From Sphyrna mokarran (taxonomy: Eukaryota): a DNA stretch of 64,000 bases. Under the pieces are notes generated by a model, which saw only the letters and a program-made list of their open reading frames with translations, did not search any database and was not told the origin of the DNA. Where the stretch lies: positions 12,152,001 to 12,216,000 of the forward strand of contig JAGIQG010000016.1 of NCBI GenBank assembly GCA_024679065.1. The letters are read 5' to 3'. Position numbers and translations under genes: made by a program. Shown here one piece after another: positions 13,261 through 25,485 of this stretch; positions within the stretch are counted from its first letter, which is position 1, and every line of letters starts with the position of its first letter.

Positions 13261-14299
13261 TCTTTGGCCTTCTACTAAAGACACACTATTTTTATATCAA
13301 ATAGAGCTAATATTACCTTTAGTCTTATTTTGCAGAGTAATGCTTATACTAATTCACGCGCGTTAATGCGTTCTGAACGTCAAAAGCAAATGCTGAGCTT
13401 CTCACAGACTCGGATCGGTCACTGTCTAGCACCTCCACGACGTGAACATACATATATATTCTTCATCCACAACTAACTATCCATATTTTGCAAAATTGGG
13501 CTATGTGGGTTTAGGTAAGTACGGAACACGAAATCAAAGAATACATTTAATAATTAGTAAGTTGTAATATGAATGTTTCAGTGACTGAAAACATTGATGA
13601 ACATGTTAAATTGTTTTAGTCTAGGTCAGGAGGTTCAGGATTAAAAAAAAAACTATCGTCGCGTGTGTCTGATTACGTGATTGAGTTGGACTACGCCAGC
13701 AGCAAAAGTTATCTCCCTCTCTGTATGATGCGTGGGCGCACGGTGGAAATTCATCCTATCCCTTTCTCCCCCTCCCTCCCCCCACCCCCCGCTAACACCC
13801 TCATCCCTCTCAACAAGATATCGTTCTCGCCATCATCACAAATAGACATATCAAACTTCTGAAATTGACATCAGTTTTATCAACAGGACATTCAGTCAAA
13901 AAGTGCGTTGAAGAAAGGAGCAGTTAGAGTTGAATCACCTCTTGCAATGACACAGCTTTGAAAAATATTAATAATGACGTTAGTGATTTAGTTGTGAAAC
14001 TCTTATCCAAACTGCTTCTTTCAGAAGGTGAATATTATGGTCCTATAACTTTAAAGCAGGGGAAGAAATGTATATGATCGACATGTTTTGTTCAAGGAGC
14101 ACTGAGTTATGGAGCAGGGAAATAGAGATTGCATTCAATCTGAGTTAATATTCATACGAAGGCAAGCATAACAACCTTTGTGCATATCTGTCTCGGCTTA
14201 CGGCATTCGTTGAAGTGCGCAGAGTTAGTACTATACATCAATGAAACCAACTCATTTTGCCGTTATCGTTAATTCTGCTTGCATAATTACCAGGCATCT

Positions 14300-15150
14300 C
14301 GCAAATTGATGTTCATGATTTCAGGAGATATAGAGATGGATAACTTGCTCAGTATTTTTCCCAAACACCACTGCTGTATTCTAAAGATAGTATCCTGGTT
14401 TTCTGTATCCAACTCGTATTTAAAATGTTCACGTTTATCGGCAACAAGTCTAGTTTTTTGTTGATCACCAGATCACCCGTCACAAGCTGATTGATGTAGC
14501 AGCACGGGACTGCTTTGGTGTTATCTACGAAAAGCGCATTTAAAGCCTCTCCATAGCTGAAAGCTTGAAGTCGATTCGATAAATGTTGCAATAGCTGTCA
14601 TATGTAAGTGGCAAATTTTGACCCTACCAGCTCTGAAACCGTTTCGGTACGAACCTTTCTCTTTAGCTTCGGATATTGCCGCTGTGAAATACAATATAGA
14701 TATTAAAAAAAACACTTATGAAGAAGTGCTGGCACATGTTCCATGTCGTAAGTCATATACATCGAGATTTACTTTGTGTTGATAATGACGACTGCAATCT
14801 CAGTGTTTGCCCAATCCGGAATGTGACGACGGCTTGCTTTGACAATGTCCGGTATTAAAAGAAGATATTTGAAGGAAGTTCACAATTGCATAATAGGCTG
14901 TGCAGGAAAAGCGTGACATTTGACGAAACAACTACTGACAGTTATCATAGCAAGAGCAGACCGTAATGAAGATAGAAAGGATGTGTTGTAATTGAGGAGG
15001 CAGGTTATTATTATTTTCTTGTTTCTCTTCTTTGGATTCAATCTCATAATGATGATTCCATCTTGTCTTTCAACCCGATAGGAAGATGAGGTTAATGCTG
15101 GGGATAACAGATGTATCTTTTTATTTTCCAAATGCTCTGAAAGTCTGTAT
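14300..15150 (-). mobile_element. Ancient LINE RT relic
   Basis: RT-like motifs in the expected order: 'LLSPALT', 'PKKRNK...NYNTSFLSS' (PKKG.K..NYRPISLLS), 'ISEAKEKG' (ISEALDKG), 'CYINQL' (YINDL). Confidence 0.45.
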
Positions 15151-15279
15151 AGTAGTTGTCTGAATAGCATCCTAGCCTCAATTCACTACTTTTAAATGTA
15201 TGCCCGTCAAGAATATCTGCTCACTGTTTGATGGTTGAAATTGATTTAAATACTATCAAAGCAAGTAAATGCGAATGCA

Positions 15280-15460
15280 GTGAGTAGTAAGGGCGTGGAA
15301 TGCGCTACCCGCAGCAATTGTGGACTCGCCAAGTTTAAGGGCGTTCAAATGGTCAGTGGAATAGTTTAGGTTAGAGGGTAATTAGGTTGTTTCCACTTTT
15401 CGGCGCTACATCCAGGGCCGAAGGGCCTGTACTGCACTGTACTGTTTTATATTCTATGTT
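15280..15460 (+). mobile_element. Short CR1 3' tail fragment
   Basis: 'GTAAGGGCGTGGAATGCGCTACC...GGGCCGAAGGGCCTGTACTGC...TTCTATGTT'. Same family as 9633-11164. Confidence 0.85.
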
Positions 15461-15929
15461 CAAATTGAAATATGAATTTATATTGTGGGTGATTGCACAT
15501 GCAGCTATATTGAAATGAACGGTCATTAAATTTTAGGGTGCACTTGGGCATTGGCACGAGTGCACGAAACCCTTTCAGAATTACTGATCAGTTGATTGAC
15601 AGGATATCATATCTTATGTCGTAAGTTAATTGTAGACCAATAGCAGCCAATATGCATTCATGAGCATCACAGTTTTTGCCTTCATTACCAGGTACATTTT
15701 CAATAAATCAACACACATTTATTCTTATAAAATAATCTTTCTCTTTACCTTTCAATTTTTCTTCTGCATGGGATAAACATGAGCGACATTTTTGATAGAG
15801 TGTTAATTGTCCAAGTGGCATCATTTTTGACAAAGCTATGCATTTGTATTATTTTATACATAGAACGCCATATGCAATATCAGTATTCTATTTGTTGGTA
15901 GTAAAGTAATTACGGGAATACAAAAAATG

Positions 15930-16260
15930 TATTTAACAAAATATATTTCTGAAATAAATCCCATTATCAGACAGAAAAGAAAACAAGAACATTCAGAGCA
16001 AGATATCAGCAAGTTAATAAATTCAACTTCTGCGAAAGACAAACGATTCAAAAAGATAGTATGGGCTGGAAAACTCGCGCGACAGACGCAAACTGATGAT
16101 GGAGTCATCGGCAATTTAAGGAACAAAATGCTGATTCGTGAAGATCATGAAATCTTAATCTGCTAATAAAAACGCTGGAATTTCAAGGAACGGCTTTTAT
16201 TTCCTGAACAGCGAAATGTTTGTGTAAATGTAAACGCACACCAAGCAGATAAATCAGAAC
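15930..16260 (+). mobile_element. Decayed CR1 ORF2 linker fragment
   Basis: ORF 15927..16166 'KKIVWAGKLARQTQTD' resembles CR1 'EKKLARNIKTD'. Confidence 0.4.
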
Positions 16261-16499
16261 CGAACCTGCGGTTAAAAAAAAAAATCCGAGCTTTGTTTTT
16301 GGAAAGATAGGTTGCTGTTGGATTATTTATTCTAGTTGACAGCGTAAGCACCGGTTCTTACATAGATGTTGAATGAGCTCTATTGTGTTACAGTTATTAT
16401 GTTTTTGTCATATTTTCTTCAGTACAATAGGGTAGTATTAAGATTTTGCTGCCATGGGCAAACACATTTGTCGTTTTCTCTGTGAAAAAAAAATACTGT

Positions 16500-16718
16500 T
16501 CCACACAGTGGAAGATAGTATATCCTGGAAAACGTTAGGGAGGTCCGAGATGTAAGTGTATCCTTCCCAATCCTTGGCGTTTAAGAGGTTGGTTGATAGG
16601 TATATGGAAGAGAACGGAATGGTTTAGTTTGGAGGGGCATTGCTTTTTATATTGGTCGGCGCAACATCGAAGGCCGAAGGGCCTGTTCTGTGCTGTAATG
16701 TTCTATGTTCTATGTTCT
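16500..16718 (+). mobile_element. CR1 3' tail fragment
   Basis: 'GGTCGGCGCAACATCGAAGGCCGAAGGGCCTGTTCTGTGCTGTAATG(TTCTATG)n'. Confidence 0.85.
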
Positions 16719-18781
16719 AATCGATTATATTTTTCAATCACATGAGGTATAAGCAGAAAAAAAAATCAGCTACTTTTCAAACTTGCATTTATAGTTTTCA
16801 ATTTTACCAATCGCAAAAATTCCAAAACTCCAAGACTTATTTAATGAAGTGTTGTGTGCATAAGGTCATGCTATCCGAATCGCAGCAATGGCTCAATGAT
16901 TTCATAATGTGTCGACTCTACCTTCAAGGCAATTTTTACAAATGTCAGGAGTGCAGTGATCACACTAATAATGTGAAAACAATCCCAGAAATTTTATTTT
17001 TCCATCACAGTTAAAATTTGCAACCAGTTCACAGGTATTACTAATTGATTATCAACAAAAAAAACACAGATCTCTGGAGAAAGTTGAAAAGGGAAATTGC
17101 AAGTGAAAACACAGTCACTCAATCATAAAAAAATGCACAAATTTTAGCTGGAGAAACGTCTCTGGAATATAATTCAGAGAAATGAGCAACATCACTATGA
17201 TTTTTTTTGAACACAGATATGTCATTTTGCAAAACAAGATGTTACTTGGCCGCGAGTTACTGTTGATCCATGTGTGAGAGTTAACGGTGCTTATTGGTGG
17301 GAGTGTCAAGAAGTACTGTAATATTTGTCTGTATCCACGTGCAAATGAGTGGGCGGCTAGAAGACCTGCGTATATATCTGTAGAATAAGTGGCCTTACAT
17401 GCACATAAATCACAGTTTAAATAAAAGTTAACTCATTACAGAATATGGATGCTAGCCACGGTGAAACTGTGCTAGTTATTTGGCATCAATTATTGTTTCA
17501 GCAATGAATAAGCCACGACAAGGCTGAACGTCATGGAGTTGAAAGTAATTGTTGTCTGTGATGTTTTGTAAATTTTTTTGGAATGTGGTATAGACATAAA
17601 ACACATCACTTAATCTCACACTCCTTTTGTGAAAAATGGATTCACAACACTGAATAACATTTGGGATCACCCATCAATATCATTCATCAGCTTTCTCAAT
17701 ACATTAATGATGAAGCTACATCAAAGTTTGTTGAAAAAAATCATGTCACTCAGAAAAATGCTGTTAGTCTTGGCATAAATGTTTTTTTGAATTATTTTCC
17801 GACATCATTTTCTCCTTAAAATCAGACACATTTCTCAGAGAGTGTAACATATCGGCTTCCCTTTTGAGTGGGTACAACGGTCGAATTAGGTAGTGCTTTG
17901 TTAATGTATGAAAACTTAATTACTCTTGTAAGCAGACATATTGGACAAATAGATTATGCCAGTTTCTTCTTGACTATTCGTTATTTTTGCTCGATTATAT
18001 GAAATCCCTTGGGTTTTATGAGTTAACGTCATATTCTTGATGCGTTTAATGTGCAAGAGTTACATGCAATACAAGCTCAATTTACAGAGAGACTGCATTT
18101 ATGTAAAGAAAACAAGAATGGAACAGCCATTGCTCACTGGAGTTCAGTGTTTACCTGCATTCTTTAAATTTTCTTGACACTTGGACAATTCTGGAACGTA
18201 ATTAAAACATCTGTGCTCTTTTGAGCTATTGCTAGTTGTGGTTTTCTTGTTAACATAGGAATTATTGTTCAATCGCAGGGTCGGAAATTTTACCATCTAT
18301 GTTTTTTGTTAAGTACTAGCGCACAAGGCATTTGGGTAAAAGTCGCCCATTCTAAAATTATTATTATAAATTCCTGTTTCTTTCCCAATGTTCAGATTAA
18401 AAAAAAAACATTTTTGAAAATATATACGACCGCTGATTCCAGTAATCGATCCAAACTTTCCCTGCCAAAGCATAGACAAACACGCAGGTATTAACCATTC
18501 CATTCTAGAATGCGACATTCAGTCTGTGACCTAGTATTTACAATCAAAGTGTACACTATTTAGTTGCGTGCACTGTTCAAAGCTTCAATAGTGAAACCCA
18601 CTTCCAGCACCACTTTGCTCAATTCTAGTTGCATCTATGTCAAACAGCATGTTCCCTTCTGATTTGTATTGCGATTCTCTGTTTTCTTTCACTTAAGCCA
18701 TTTATTTCGATTTGAGGTAGAGTTCATTCTTCTACTTCAAAAGGCACATTCTAAAGGAAAGTTGGCTCCTTCTGTGACAAT

Positions 18782-18784
<3 letters not shown>

Positions 18785-18862
<78 letters not shown>
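18785..18862. repeat. Perfect (TG)n microsatellite, ~38 units
   Basis: Seen directly. Confidence 0.97.
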
Positions 18863-18863
<1 letters not shown>

Positions 18864-20149
18864 CTGTGATTCTGCTCCTGTCTGTAGCATCCCAATCGTT
18901 CTTACTTGCACGAGCACGGTGTATTAATTATGACCTTTACCAATTTTTCACAATCGTCATTCAATGACGTTCTTAAAAACTGGGCTAATTATTCAACAAA
19001 TTGTACAGTAGTTTTTTTTTCTTAAATAGTCTATGGAAGGGATAACATGAAAACGTATGTCTTGAAAGCGTGCCAATTGACGTTCAGCTTTCACCATCAT
19101 ACCTGCGTTTAGTTCATATATTCTGTCATCTGTTTGGGGCATACACATTAATACAACATTTATGAATTGAACCCGATATGCAGCGGAGTACGAACAATAC
19201 TCTGAATGCAAAAAGGAAACTAAGTTCATACTAATCTAACGTGTTGGGACTAGCGCAACCACAATGTTTAATAATAGCCGGCGGTCTCACAAAAGTGCTG
19301 AATAGATGGGAGATTTGTTCCAAATTTCGAATGATTTCTCAGTTCAGCTTTTCACGCGAATCTCTGTACTATGTGGAGTGCAGAGAGCCCAGTCGTCTAT
19401 ATCATTAAACGTTGGGGGAGTTGGGGCTCATTTGGGCAAACAGCCTTAAATCGCTGGGATGGTGTGGAACAGTCATGTGAGCATAACGGTGGTAGATCGT
19501 GGAAAATAGTAGATCACTGTATTCAAACACACGAATTCATCGCTGGCTCCCACAACCACCGCGCCCTCACTTGCCTCGCCCCGTAAGATACACACCTCAT
19601 CGCTGGCCTTATTGATGGCACCTAAACCCTGAAAACCCCGCGCAGAGATACCACTGGCCTCATTGCCCTTCCGCCCTTCCCCCAAGCCCGTCTTCCCCAC
19701 AAAGAAACATGGTTGCCTGCTCAATCATGGCCCCATGGATCCGTATAATGCGGGTACGCAATCTCCTCATTCCTTAAACATGCTGTCCTTACTGCTGCCC
19801 GCCAGGGAAATAAGACAGTGGTGATATGCAGAACACGAGGTTGTAATCATTCCCTCTCTTGAATGGGGGTCTTTATCATTGCACCGCACCCCCCGAACAC
19901 AGCAGCGAATCCATTATTAAATGCAAGCTCTACCCCTCCCTCCGCCACCGCCATTACGCGGACACAGCAGCCAACTGAATGGCAGCCCATCAAAATACTT
20001 AGGGATGAATGACACTCAACTGAATGGAAACTTCAAACTCTGTCATAAGTGTTTGTTGTCAACTGGCCACCTCACCTAATAAGACAGAACTGTACATAAG
20101 CTGCAGGAATGGGTACATAGCCAATCACTCCAGAAATATGACACACGAT

Positions 20150-21350
20150 AAGTGTCTTCCAAGTTTTGCACGCACGCTAGTAGACTGTTTGACGGCTAGA
20201 AGATAGATGTTACCATCTGTTCACTGGCCAGTGCCCTAAATCAAGGGGTGCATCTGCCATGGCAATGTGGGAGAGTGGCAGATATGGTGAATGCCAGGAG
20301 CCTGACACCGTGCTCTAACAGGAAGTGCCCAAAATAAACTGCACGATCCTCTGCGAGCAGCAAGGCTGAGTGAGCATTAAAATTGAAATTGCACACATGC
20401 TTGGCATGGATCTCCAACCCTACTTAGACATATAAAGGGCATGCAACATGTGAACAGAATTTAGTCACTTCCTTCGTCCCTCAATTAGTGTCATTCATTG
20501 GTCACCGTTGTCTTCGAAAATGCCAGCACAACGCCCATGACACAGGCACGCATTGTGCACATGAACTGCAATATGTTAATATTTGCTATCCATCTTATAT
20601 TCTCACAGAAATAAATAAAATCTGCAAAACACGGGAGACGACATAGAATGGTAGTTGTACGCATAACATTTGAAACCGAGTAGCATGGATGACTGAGCCA
20701 TGAAGCTGGCGCGGGAAAATGGGCCATACTAAACGGTCACTGATAGCCAGGTCAGCGTACACCATGCAAGTGTGTAGCAGATCACCCTCAATCATTGCTC
20801 TTCTTTAAGTACGTGCGATGCTGCAGAGAATATTTGCCTGTCTCTCCAAAATGCATGATCTCTTTTTTTTGCCATCTCTGGGCCCAGAGGAGCCCAACGA
20901 TTCGGGATTTCCTGCCGTTCTCACTACTCTGGAACTAACTGCCTGCAACCCTCTCGTTGATATCTCGGAGAGAAGCACTGACAAAAACTTTGAGGGGAGT
21001 ACCACTGAAGTATCATCAGCATCAAGCATGCAACATATCATCATAGATATTTTCCCTGTGTGGGTCCCTTTTATGTTGAGGCTTCTGTGTCATGATCTGT
21101 TGAACAAATCACTCCTGCTGATGCTCATCGGGTGGAGGCGGGCCCATCCGAGGGCTCGGCTATACAGTGGTCCGCTGGAGACCAGGATGTAGCTGTCTCC
21201 AATCCAGTTTCTGGGCTTCTGGATTTGTTTCTCACAAACCTCCACGGATGCATCAAGGACACTCGCGGAGTTTTGGAAGGGCTGCCCTGGAAACCTAGGG
21301 GATGTCAATCAAGTCCATCACAAGCAATGAGACATACATCACAGCTCGAC
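20150..21350 (+). pseudogene. Harbinger Myb/SANT-like DNA-binding partner gene relic
   Basis: 'KCLPSFARTLVDCLTARR', then 'WE/RVADMVNARSLTPCSNRKCPK*/LHDPLRAAR' (QCRKK.NDL.RAAR-like). Downstream 'DAHRVEAGPS...SAGDQD' segment. Confidence 0.6.
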
Positions 21351-22069
21351 AGCACCGCCAACTATCTTTCTTTTTCTACGTGCTACTTAGAAACGGAATG
21401 GATAACACAAATTTAGAAAGTTGTTATTAACTGGAGGGCATAGATGAAGTTACGCATTATCAGGTTTTGGTACTCATTTATGTTAAGAGCACAGTAAAAT
21501 GTTAATTGCACATCAAGCTGCGGCTAATTTGTCTGTGATTCGCCCTCACCCTGCACATGCACGCTCACAAAAATTCTAAGTGCTCCGAGCTTCCAAACAC
21601 AGAAGTTCTATCTGTTGAGCCTTGTTGACTTAGCCCATGTTTTAGAATCTCTGCCATAACCTCCCGAACATTCATCACATACTGAAGCAAGTGCACCACC
21701 AACACCCAATCCCCTCCGTTGGCCAAGAAAAAATGTGTTGCCAACCCCCACAACTACGTGGGCCAGAAGTGACAGCTTGTATTGAGAGTAAAGGTTTGAG
21801 TCAGACTTGAATTGCACCAGGTACAGGATCTCAGAGTGCGCAGCAATGAGTCCTCATCATCTTTACACCTTAAATCAAGACTCACAGTCATTGCCATCTC
21901 AGGCACATTCATTCGATCGGATGGTACGGGGGGCTTCTATGGTGGAATGGCAGGAGCAGGGAAATGTTGAGTGATGGTTTGAGGGCTCAGGTTGGTTTGG
22001 AGGGAGAATTCTGGTTATACTTGTTCCTGGCGTAGTGTAGATGTGCATTTCTTGCATGTCTTGAACTGC

Positions 22070-23050
22070 ACAGCACCAGTTCAGTGAAGCGGGCTGCAAG
22101 CAAAGCATCCCTCGCTGCCCTTCCTTGCTGTAAACTTGCCATTGCCGCCGACCATCTTTCCTCAATCTCCCCATGTGGTAGGACGCCCACCTTGCCTCCT
22201 TGCTGCTTCGTCTCCTCCTCCCTCTATTCCCCTTTTCGGTGATATTGTGCAGGATGCAGTAAACAATAACAAAGTTGAAAATTGCACAACGTCAAACTAG
22301 AGGACTTCCACAGAGCGACCCAAGGAGTGTAAACACATCTTGAGCAGAACGAAGTACTGCTCAACAACCGACAAGATTGATGTCTGGGGTCGTCTTCAAA
22401 AAGCCTAGGAATGTATGACTGCCGGGTTAAAAAACTGTCATGCTCACCCCTTCATTAGCGTCATTGAGCTGCATGATTTTGAGCCGGTGGTCATAGAAAA
22501 TTTGAAGATTCATTAGAACACCTGCTAGTTCAAAACATTGCTCCCGCCTCGCATGGGTGGGGCAGAAGGTGATGTGCTTGCCTTCCACTGTGTCCTGCAC
22601 ATTCAGAATTCTGACGATGGATGCAAAGCCGAGGTCCGGGGCGTCCAGCTGCATACGCCAACTTGAAAATTAACTAAGTTCCCTGCTCGGGCATGCAGGA
22701 CATCTGTAACATGGCACACATAGCAGTGTATGGAGAGCTGGGAGATCCCAACTAGGTCGCCACTGGCAGCCTGAAATGACCTGGAAGCATAGAAATGAAT
22801 AGCTGCTGTCAACTTTACGGCCACAGGAAACGGGTGTCCGCCATTCTCCCGAAATGCCAGGTATGAGCGCAACTCACAAATTTGAGGAAATGTAGTCTCG
22901 GACAGGCGCAGCCAGCGTTGGCACATTTCGTCCGTGAGGGCCTCAAAGGAAATGTTGGGCCTGTACGTCATTGTTCTCAGCATCCGCTGCCTTCTATACA
23001 TCTTCTTGGGAGCTTCCGCCCACAGCCTGGCCTTCAGTGGAAGCCCCATG
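22070..23050 (-). pseudogene. Harbinger/PIF (HARBI1-like DDE) transposase pseudogene
   Basis: 'YRPNISFEALTDEMCQRWLRLS...HPFPVAVKLTAAIHFYASRSFQAASGDLVGISQ', 'LMNLQIFYDHRLKIMQ', 'VEQYFVLLKM', 'CILHNI' and C-terminal 'ARDALLAARF'. Contains frameshifts and stops. Confidence 0.9.
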
Positions 23051-23349
23051 CCCTCTTTCCTGAAGGTCTGGTAATGGCTAATCTTGCAGTTGTCTCACTA
23101 CTTCTGCCACCTCCAGAGGCATGGACTTCGCTTCCTACGGCACCAGCATACATTGCTCCAGAACGAGCCAAGCGAGATACATCTATACAGTAGATTTGGA
23201 CAAGAGCGATAATGAATGATTATTACCATTGGCTGCATAAAGAGAGTATCACCACATTTCCTCACTAAGGGCAGCATCCCTACTTGTGGGAGTTGGCAAC
23301 CCCACACAATCCGTGGCGTCATACGTGGCTGGAATAAGGTTGTGTGACA

Positions 23350-23580
23350 CTCCCATCATGACAAATGCGGTACCGAATATGCAGATCGGTGTGCAGGTGC
23401 GGGCAATTTTCACTCTTGAGCCACTGTTCAGTTTGCAGTTGTAGAACCTGTTACAGTCATGTGTTGCTTGTCCGTGTCACAGACATGAAAGAATGAAATC
23501 CGAATAAGATGTGCGTTTAGGGACAACAGATTCTACGGACTCCATGGCTGAATCTGTGAATCGGAGCCTGGTGCAACCTC
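23350..23580 (-). pseudogene. Second Myb/SANT-like exon relic upstream of the transposase
   Basis: Minus strand 'RLRFTDSAMESVESVVPKR' resembles 'APRFSD..LE.L...V..R'. Heavily decayed. Confidence 0.4.
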
Positions 23581-24449
23581 GGTCAGTTGTTTAGACTTCA
23601 GTGAGTACGTGGTGCATTTTTATCCCGCCAGGACTTAACCACATTCCGCAGCAAAACAATGTCAATACAAATTGGTGGGGAGGTGGGAGGGGAAGAGAGA
23701 CATCTCCCGAATACTTTGCACAAACTTGGGAGGCTGGGGTGAGAAGTGGGAGCCATCGATACTGCCTTTCACTATGCAAAACCAGCGCTGCTTGGAGCGG
23801 GTGCAGGAGGGGCGGAGGGGAAATCGGGAACAGTCGATGCTACCTCTCACAGTGCGCTTACGCACTGCGCGGGGTAGACGGAGTTGGGGGGTAGGGGGCG
23901 TTGTGGGTTGGGAGTTGGAATCTCGAATGGAACCTGACCCAGAGGGTTGTGAGGAAATAGAGACTCATCCACTCCCAACTCCCTGTCCGCTCTGCAGGAA
24001 CCCCGGCTGCATTACCGGTTAATTCCGCACCCACTTTTAAGGCGACCAAGGAAGTCTGCGGCTTTTAAATATCTGTTCTGATTTGTGCCAACATTACATC
24101 ACTCCAAAGATGTTGGAGACGTAGGCGTGCGCTGATATTGATGTGTGGATTTCGACAACTATATGCAATGATACGTAAACTCATTAGAATCAGCGGTCCA
24201 GTGGTTTTCGACGGCTTCCGGCGGCAACATTTTCCTCCAGCTGGGAGATGCCGATGCATCGGCAAAGTTGTCTAGGAACTCGAGAAACGGCTAACATGAG
24301 CATTTCCTGACTCGATCTCAAAGGAAAATTGTGGGTCGCAATCGAGAAGCCATGTCCAATGCTTCGAATCATTTATCTTTTAGACATTTAAGATATGCAG
24401 AACAACGCATGTCAATTAAAACTACGATCGTTTGATATCGTAAAACTCC

Positions 24450-25260
24450 TACTTGCTACTTGACTTCGTATTTCTGTGTAAGATGTTGGGTGTATGAATG
24501 ATTTCTGACAAAATAGAGGTAACATATTTTGATCTGCAACTGATAGGAGCAAAATCACTTTTAAAGAAAGTATCATGGCTTAGTACAGCAGGTGTTTTAC
24601 GAATTTGTCCCAAAACCTCTGGATATTGCATCCAACACGTTATAGATGCTGTCAGTTCTATGACTTGTGAGCACCTGGTTTTCCCTATTGTTCCAGTCTG
24701 CTCAATGATTTTTGATGTTTGCTCATTGATGAACTGCAACATTTGCCATCACACTCGTGACTTTTGCGTTGAAAGTGGCAGATATGACTTACGGGAATAT
24801 AAGAAAACACCTATTTATGGAATAATTTCAAAGTTTGACCTGCTCCCAGATCTATGTAATATATAGAGCCATCCCAGCTAATTTTCGGACAATGGTAACA
24901 TGCTGAACATTTACCCAGCTTTTCCATGGACGTAATGATTATGTTAAACCAAATGGAATGGATGAGTGTGTTCCTTGTTGGACATGTTCTTTGCTTGGCG
25001 CTTCAGTGGTCAGCGCGTTAAATGTGCGTGTTCAGGCGAACCATCCAGGTTGTCAAAGTCAAATAATCTCTTCAAGTCCCTGAATATCAAAGCGCATATT
25101 CAGTAATTCCCCTCCTTAAAAAAAAACATGGAAGGAAGGTAACGACTGTACATCTGAATATGTGTATAGAGAGCTGGCTCTGCAAAACAACTGAATTGAT
25201 GGTAGATGTTGGCAATCGAAATTGCATCGACATTTCAGTATAAGAGCAACCTATTTGTCA
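24450..25260 (-). mobile_element. Decayed LINE ORF2 3' part (second CR1/L2-clade family)
   Basis: 'ccatcacactcgtgactt', 'tgacctgctc' and 'ttttcggacaatggtaac' match the antisense of the LINE family at 33900-34474. 'SKIIEQTGTIGK' resembles 'PTTLKKLDTIQ'. Confidence 0.55.
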
Positions 25261-25329
25261 ACAACAACACCTTCCCAGCCAGAAATACCCTCAATCAAAA
25301 TCAAGACCAACCAGCGCAAACAATTTCGT

Positions 25330-25400
25330 ACACACACGCATATTAACTCAAACACAACACACATCCACACATACACATACACACACACACACACGTTCAT

Positions 25401-25443
<43 letters not shown>

Positions 25444-25452
25444 CACACACAC
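25330..25452. repeat. Imperfect (CA)n microsatellite
   Basis: Seen directly. Confidence 0.9.
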
Positions 25453-25485
25453 CCAGGAAAAATCCACCATTGTTGTCGTAAGTGT

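Larger units (their letters stand above)
19500..24050. mobile_element. Decayed Harbinger/PIF DNA transposon region 1
   Basis: GC-richer block containing a HARBI1-like transposase relic and Myb/SANT-like relics. Ends are approximate and TIRs were not resolved. Confidence 0.7.

Noticed and set aside
18669-18967. CVCV/THTH-rich ORFs (also 25222, 28205, 62092)
   Set aside because: Artefacts of (TG)n/(CA)n microsatellites.
19103-19201. 99-nt phase-symmetric minus exon candidate with good splice sites (EYCSYSAAYRVQF...)
   Set aside because: It and the upstream 'ccggctattattaaacattgtg' parallel the LINE RT segment 'PAIVLKTCAP...QYSYNTGIYP'. Probably a decayed LINE, though RNA-seq could overturn this.
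24449-24866. Overlapping 97-aa and 122-aa ORFs
   Set aside because: They are the sense and antisense frames of a decayed LINE ORF2.
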